Shown one piece after another: positions 36,370 through 40,741 of a stretch of 40,741 nt of DNA. Each line of letters opens with the position of its first letter. Position 1 is the first letter of the stretch. A program made the position numbers and the translations under genes. The stretch is from contig JABANN010000307.1 of assembly GCA_013115125.1 (NCBI GenBank), positions 1 through 40,741 of the forward strand. The letters run 5' to 3'. Source of the stretch: Perkinsus olseni. Its lineage: Eukaryota. Below the pieces are notes generated by a model. It made no database searches. It saw only the letters and a program-made list of their open reading frames with translations, and had not been told where the DNA came from.

Positions 36370-39300
36370 ATGGTGCACCAGGGCGAAGAGGCCCCGCTTA
36401 CCTACAACATCAGTGCTCTCCTCGAAGCGGCTTTCCGTGGTGACGTCGGTGGCATGCAGGCCATCCTGGCTGCTAACCCGACCATGACCGTCAACGACCA
36501 GGACTATGACAAGCGCACTGCTCTTCACCTGGCTGCTGCTGGCGGCAAAGTCCAGGCCGTCAAGTTTCTCGTCGAAAATGGTGCTGTTCTCAAACCCGAT
36601 CGATTCGGCATGCTTCCGATCCATGATGCGGTGATGAACGGCCACTCCGATATCCGTACCATGCTCGCTGATCTCGACCTGTCCTTTGCTGGTGGTATGT
36701 GCTATCTGTCCCCTACCCAGATGGATCTGCTGAGAGACCAGTTGGGGTCCTTCAGTGCTGAGATAAGTCTGACCGGCGAAGAACTGGAGGCCAAAATGAC
36801 GCAAGTTTTCGCCATCATCGTCAAGGAAGGCGTTTTCGCGGCGAAGAGGTTGTGGACGGAGATCCAGTACTACTTCATCGATCTGGGCTTGCACCCCAAG
36901 TACTTCAAGGTCTTCACCAGCGACCAGATCGCAAGGCATATCCATAGTCTCCTGGCGGCCAGGAAGGTCGCCCAGACAACCAAGTCTGACTTCATCCATT
37001 TCGAGATCGAGGAGCCCGACTCGGCGTTCTTCCTCGCTACGTTGGATCCGACTAGGGTGTGGGAAACCGAGCGCAAGGTGGCGAACTACCTCTCCAATTT
37101 CCGCAGCGATGATGCTTTCTCCGTGGTCTTTATGCGATCTGACAAGTCCCCAATACAGGACGGCGGAGGTCTGCCACTCGGGATCTTCATAGTCGACAAA
37201 ACGCACTTCCAGCCTGGTGTGTACGCGTCGAAGGACGTGGGTGACGAAGAGAATATCAAAGTGGTGGCGAGTGAGAAGTTTCTTAAGTCCAAGACGGAGG
37301 AGAATCAGCAATTCTATCAGTCTCTCATTCACGAGGCGATGGTCACTCGGAACGCTGTCGTGAGAATCATAGAGCCTCCAGCTCACATGGTCACCAAGGC
37401 CGGAGCTAAGATAGTCCAGTTCGCCGCCTATGATGCTGAGCGCAGAGGCAAGGCCTACATGCTAGAGGTCTATGAGTGCTTGAGGTCCCACAAAGTTATG
37501 CCCAGAAGGATGTACGTGGAGACCTTCGCCAATGGCATCGTCACCTATCACATGTACTTTGATCCGGCCTTTACTCCGGATCAGCTGGAGGAGTTGGCTC
37601 AGACACTCCGCTATGCTAGCCATTTCAAGCACAGTCCGAAGAGGTCGGCGCTGGTCTGGGATCTGGTGTTGAAAAACGAGATCACTCCCGAGCATGCCAT
37701 TTTTCTCATCTCGGCCGCTAAGTTCGTCTTCTCGTTCTTTCCGAAGGAAACTCACGAGTACTTGGACCTGGCCGACTTCTTCAAGTCCAACCAGGATATG
37801 AAGAGCAAGCTGGATGAGATGTTCTTGCAGACCATGTCCAACTCCATCACCTACGAGCGCATCTACGACGCTCTGTCCACCCACTATGCTCTGACCCTAC
37901 CGGTGTTTGAGGATTTTAAGAGGATCGCCACGGGCGAATGCAAGCCATTCAACAACGATGAATTGGAGAAGAGAATAGACGAGGAGGTGTGGTCCCGGTT
38001 CGACGGGAAAATCCTGAAGACTCTCCTCAAGCTCAATGCCCATCTGCAGATGACCAACTTTTTCAAGGCTGGCACGGCCGCCGCCATCGCCATGAGGTTC
38101 GACGGTCAAGTGGTGTCTGACAGGCCCAAGAGCCTCTTCCCGGTCGTCCCGCATGCAGTGTATCTGATAGTTGGGCGGAACTTCTACGGCTTCCATATAA
38201 GGTTCCGAGATATCGCTCGGGGTGGGATTAGGATGATCATGTCGAGGAACCGCCAAGTTTATAACAAAAACTGCGCCACCCTGCTCGAGGAAAACTACAA
38301 TCTGGCTCTTACGCAGCAGCTGAAGAATAAGGACATTCCTGAAGGAGGGTCTAAGGGGACGATACTACTGGACTTGGAAGACCAGCATCTCCAGACGAGC
38401 GGTCGTGATGCCTTCAACAAGTACATCGATGCCCTACTGGACTGTATGATGTGGAAGGAGACTGGCCTGGCCTCGCATCTTCCCAGGGAAGAGATCCTCT
38501 TCTTTGGCCCTGACGAGAACACCGCCGGGTTCATGGACATGGGGGCGTACAGGGCGAAGGCGCGAGGCTACACCTACTGGAAGGCATTGACCACCGGCAA
38601 GTCTACCAAGTTGGGTGGTGTACCCCATGACAAGTACGGTATGACCACCAACTCGATTCACGAGTATGTCTTGCAGTTGTTGGACGCCCTGGACATCCAG
38701 GAGTCTTCAGTGACGAAGGTTATGACTGGTGGTCCCGACGGCGACCTCGGCTCCAACGAGATTCTCATATCCAAGGACAAGACTATCGCTATCTGTGATG
38801 GTTCTGGTGTTCTGTACGATCCTGAAGGACTGGACAGAGGGGAGCTCACGAGGCTGGCTAGGGAGAGGAAGCCCGTCTCGTATTTTGATCGTAGTAAGCT
38901 GTCTGCCAACCCGAAGTCCTTTTTGGTTAAAGTCGATGACACTGATGTTGTCCTGCCGAATGGTCAGCACTACAAGTCCGGCGTGGATGTGCGCAACACC
39001 TTCACGTCTCTCGAGTACTGCTCGGCCGATCTCTTCGTTCCGTGCGGAGGGCGTCCGGCTACTGTGAACATCCGGAACATTCAAGACATGTTCCACGCCG
39101 AGACTAAGCAGCCGAAGTTCAAGTTCATCGTCGAAGGCGCCAATCTGTTCTTCACCGACGATGCGAGGCGTGTGCTGGAAGACGCTGGTGTGCATCTCTT
39201 CAAGGACGCGTCTACTAACAAGGGAGGGGTCACTTCGTCGAGCTTGGAGGTGTTCGCTGCTCTGTGCATGGACCCCGACGACCATGAGAAGAACCTGACG

Positions 39301-39816
39301 GTGAAGGACCCTAACAGCCCACCTCCCGAGTTCTACGAACAATATGCGCAGGAGATCATTTCTGTCATTCGCCACAATGCTAGGATGGAGTTCAACGGCA
39401 TCTGGACTGCCAATCATGAGGTCATGGTCGTCGACGGCTCCGACTTCGTTAAGAAGATTGATGCCAGCGCGATGCTCTCCAGAAAGATCAACCACCTTAA
39501 GGCATATATTATGGAGGTCCTAGAGGCGGAGGACCCCGAAAACGATTGGATGGTCCGCGCGGTCCTCAGGCGCTGCGTGCCACGACTGTTGCTGGTGCAT
39601 TGCGGACTCGACCAGATCCTGGAGCGCACGCCCGAGGCCTACATCATGGCCACGGTTGCCACTTGGATCGCCAGCACCTTCGTCTACAAGTATGGGCTCA
39701 ATGCCAGCGAGTTCGCCTTCTATCAGTTTATGCGGTCGTTGGAGCAAAGCAGCGGGGGAGAGATGACTCCGGCAGATATGGGGAGGCCGCGTCATTTGGG
39801 CTCCTTCAGCCTATAG
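36370..39816 (+). CDS. GDH2: Large NAD-specific glutamate dehydrogenase with N-terminal ankyrin repeats, intronless
   Basis: GFHIRFRDIARGGIR, QQLKNKDIPEGGSKG, FFGPDENTA, TGGPDGDLGSNEI, PCGGRP, IVEGANLF, NKGGVTSSSLEV; ATG 36370 follows a TTTTTTCCGCAG acceptor. Confidence 0.95.
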   Translation: MVHQGEEAPLTYNISALLEAAFRGDVGGMQAILAANPTMTVNDQDYDKRTALHLAAAGGKVQAVKFLVENGAVLKPDRFGMLPIHDAVMNGHSDIRTMLADLDLSFAGGMCYLSPTQMDLLRDQLGSFSAEISLTGEELEAKMTQVFAIIVKEGVFAAKRLWTEIQYYFIDLGLHPKYFKVFTSDQIARHIHSLLAARKVAQTTKSDFIHFEIEEPDSAFFLATLDPTRVWETERKVANYLSNFRSDDAFSVVFMRSDKSPIQDGGGLPLGIFIVDKTHFQPGVYASKDVGDEENIKVVASEKFLKSKTEENQQFYQSLIHEAMVTRNAVVRIIEPPAHMVTKAGAKIVQFAAYDAERRGKAYMLEVYECLRSHKVMPRRMYVETFANGIVTYHMYFDPAFTPDQLEELAQTLRYASHFKHSPKRSALVWDLVLKNEITPEHAIFLISAAKFVFSFFPKETHEYLDLADFFKSNQDMKSKLDEMFLQTMSNSITYERIYDALSTHYALTLPVFEDFKRIATGECKPFNNDELEKRIDEEVWSRFDGKILKTLLKLNAHLQMTNFFKAGTAAAIAMRFDGQVVSDRPKSLFPVVPHAVYLIVGRNFYGFHIRFRDIARGGIRMIMSRNRQVYNKNCATLLEENYNLALTQQLKNKDIPEGGSKGTILLDLEDQHLQTSGRDAFNKYIDALLDCMMWKETGLASHLPREEILFFGPDENTAGFMDMGAYRAKARGYTYWKALTTGKSTKLGGVPHDKYGMTTNSIHEYVLQLLDALDIQESSVTKVMTGGPDGDLGSNEILISKDKTIAICDGSGVLYDPEGLDRGELTRLARERKPVSYFDRSKLSANPKSFLVKVDDTDVVLPNGQHYKSGVDVRNTFTSLEYCSADLFVPCGGRPATVNIRNIQDMFHAETKQPKFKFIVEGANLFFTDDARRVLEDAGVHLFKDASTNKGGVTSSSLEVFAALCMDPDDHEKNLTVKDPNSPPPEFYEQYAQEIISVIRHNARMEFNGIWTANHEVMVVDGSDFVKKIDASAMLSRKINHLKAYIMEVLEAEDPENDWMVRAVLRRCVPRLLLVHCGLDQILERTPEAYIMATVATWIASTFVYKYGLNASEFAFYQFMRSLEQSSGGEMTPADMGRPRHLGSFSL

Positions 39817-40741
39817 TTCTTTTTTGTCGTATTTTTTCGTTGAACCCGGATCAGTTTCCGTAGTACTTTTTTCCATCGATATGTGTGTATTGCGTTGGTA
39901 ATATGTGAGGATGGAAAGTGGCCCGAATAGAGCCGATGAGAACCCACGGAGATAGATTTTGTTAAAACGGCAACTGCCGAGTTCTCTGACCTATCCTTGC
40001 AGCTACTTGATATTCATTTTGCTACACCTGCGACCAGGAGACCATAATGAATGCCGAATTGCCTGAAAGTCGGGCCTATCCGCCCCGCCGGACATGGTAA
40101 GGTTGAGGGGTATTGAGGAGGAAGTTGACTTCAGTCGTCTTGTAGGTGATTATGGAGATGAAAGGAGGCGGCTGCTGTACATTCGTGCCCTGGTCATCAC
40201 TCGCTCGCTCTTCAGCCTACGTAGGGGACGATGAATTGAAATTTTCCGGAGAGGATGATTATGTAATCATCATACAGTAGCTGCAGTGCGCGCAACTAGC
40301 TTCGTCGCGTGTGTAGTTTGAACTTCGATATAGTCGAGAGACAACATTCATGATGAGCGAGAAGGCCCACAAAAACGCTTCGATGAGGCAAAGCATTATG
40401 CCGTGCAAGTTTTTATTTCCAGGGGCATTTTACTCATTTTATCGGCGAAAAACTGGGCCGAGTTAGCCGGCAAGCAGAGGTTCTACCTTTAACCGACGGA
40501 GGGACAACCTTTGGCAGAGGTTTTTGCAGTATATACCTAGCCTGACGAAACGAGCCCAATCGGCTTATAAAACCACGAGAGAACTCTATTTTAAATTACC
40601 ACACTTCGGCGCGTGGGTCTGGAGGATTAGACTCGAGGAGTCTATCCCGAGGGATCGACGGTCATTGAAAGGGTGTCGTGCCGTTATTGTATTTCTGTGC
40701 ACCCAAACACTGACCGCGAGCCCTGCGCCCGGGTGTGGCGG

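Noticed and set aside
36322-39495. Long antisense ORFs (354 and 262 aa) opposite GDH, and similar ones opposite DBP2 and the PAP
   Set aside because: Shadow frames produced by codon bias of the sense gene.
39817-40741. Possible exons at the window end
   Set aside because: Isolated GT/AG sites only; no supportable gene model.

Overview
Gene-dense eukaryotic DNA with GT-AG introns, intergenic gaps often under 200 bp, and pyrimidine-tract/AG sites just before start codons. This style and gene content suggest a perkinsid-type alveolate (inference). Splicing by eye gives 13 genes in two unidirectional blocks. Minus strand (31-25447): two tandem purple acid phosphatases, an 11-exon multi-pass membrane protein invisible in the ORF track, CLEC16A, DBP8/DDX49, a wax ester synthase/DGAT, a centrin and an acyl-CoA oxidase. 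Plus strand (25859-39816): PTGES2-like, RNASEH2B, DBP2/DDX5, Nup160-like and an ankyrin-fused NAD-glutamate dehydrogenase. Also present are a 646-bp non-autonomous DNA transposon (79-bp TIRs, 9-bp TSD, internal satellite) and an orphan tRNA 3' end. Most notable: bacterial-lipobox-like N-termini on both phosphatases, the ankyrin-GDH fusion, the hidden membrane-protein gene and the single divergent strand switch. Exon boundaries were read by eye; no database searches were run.
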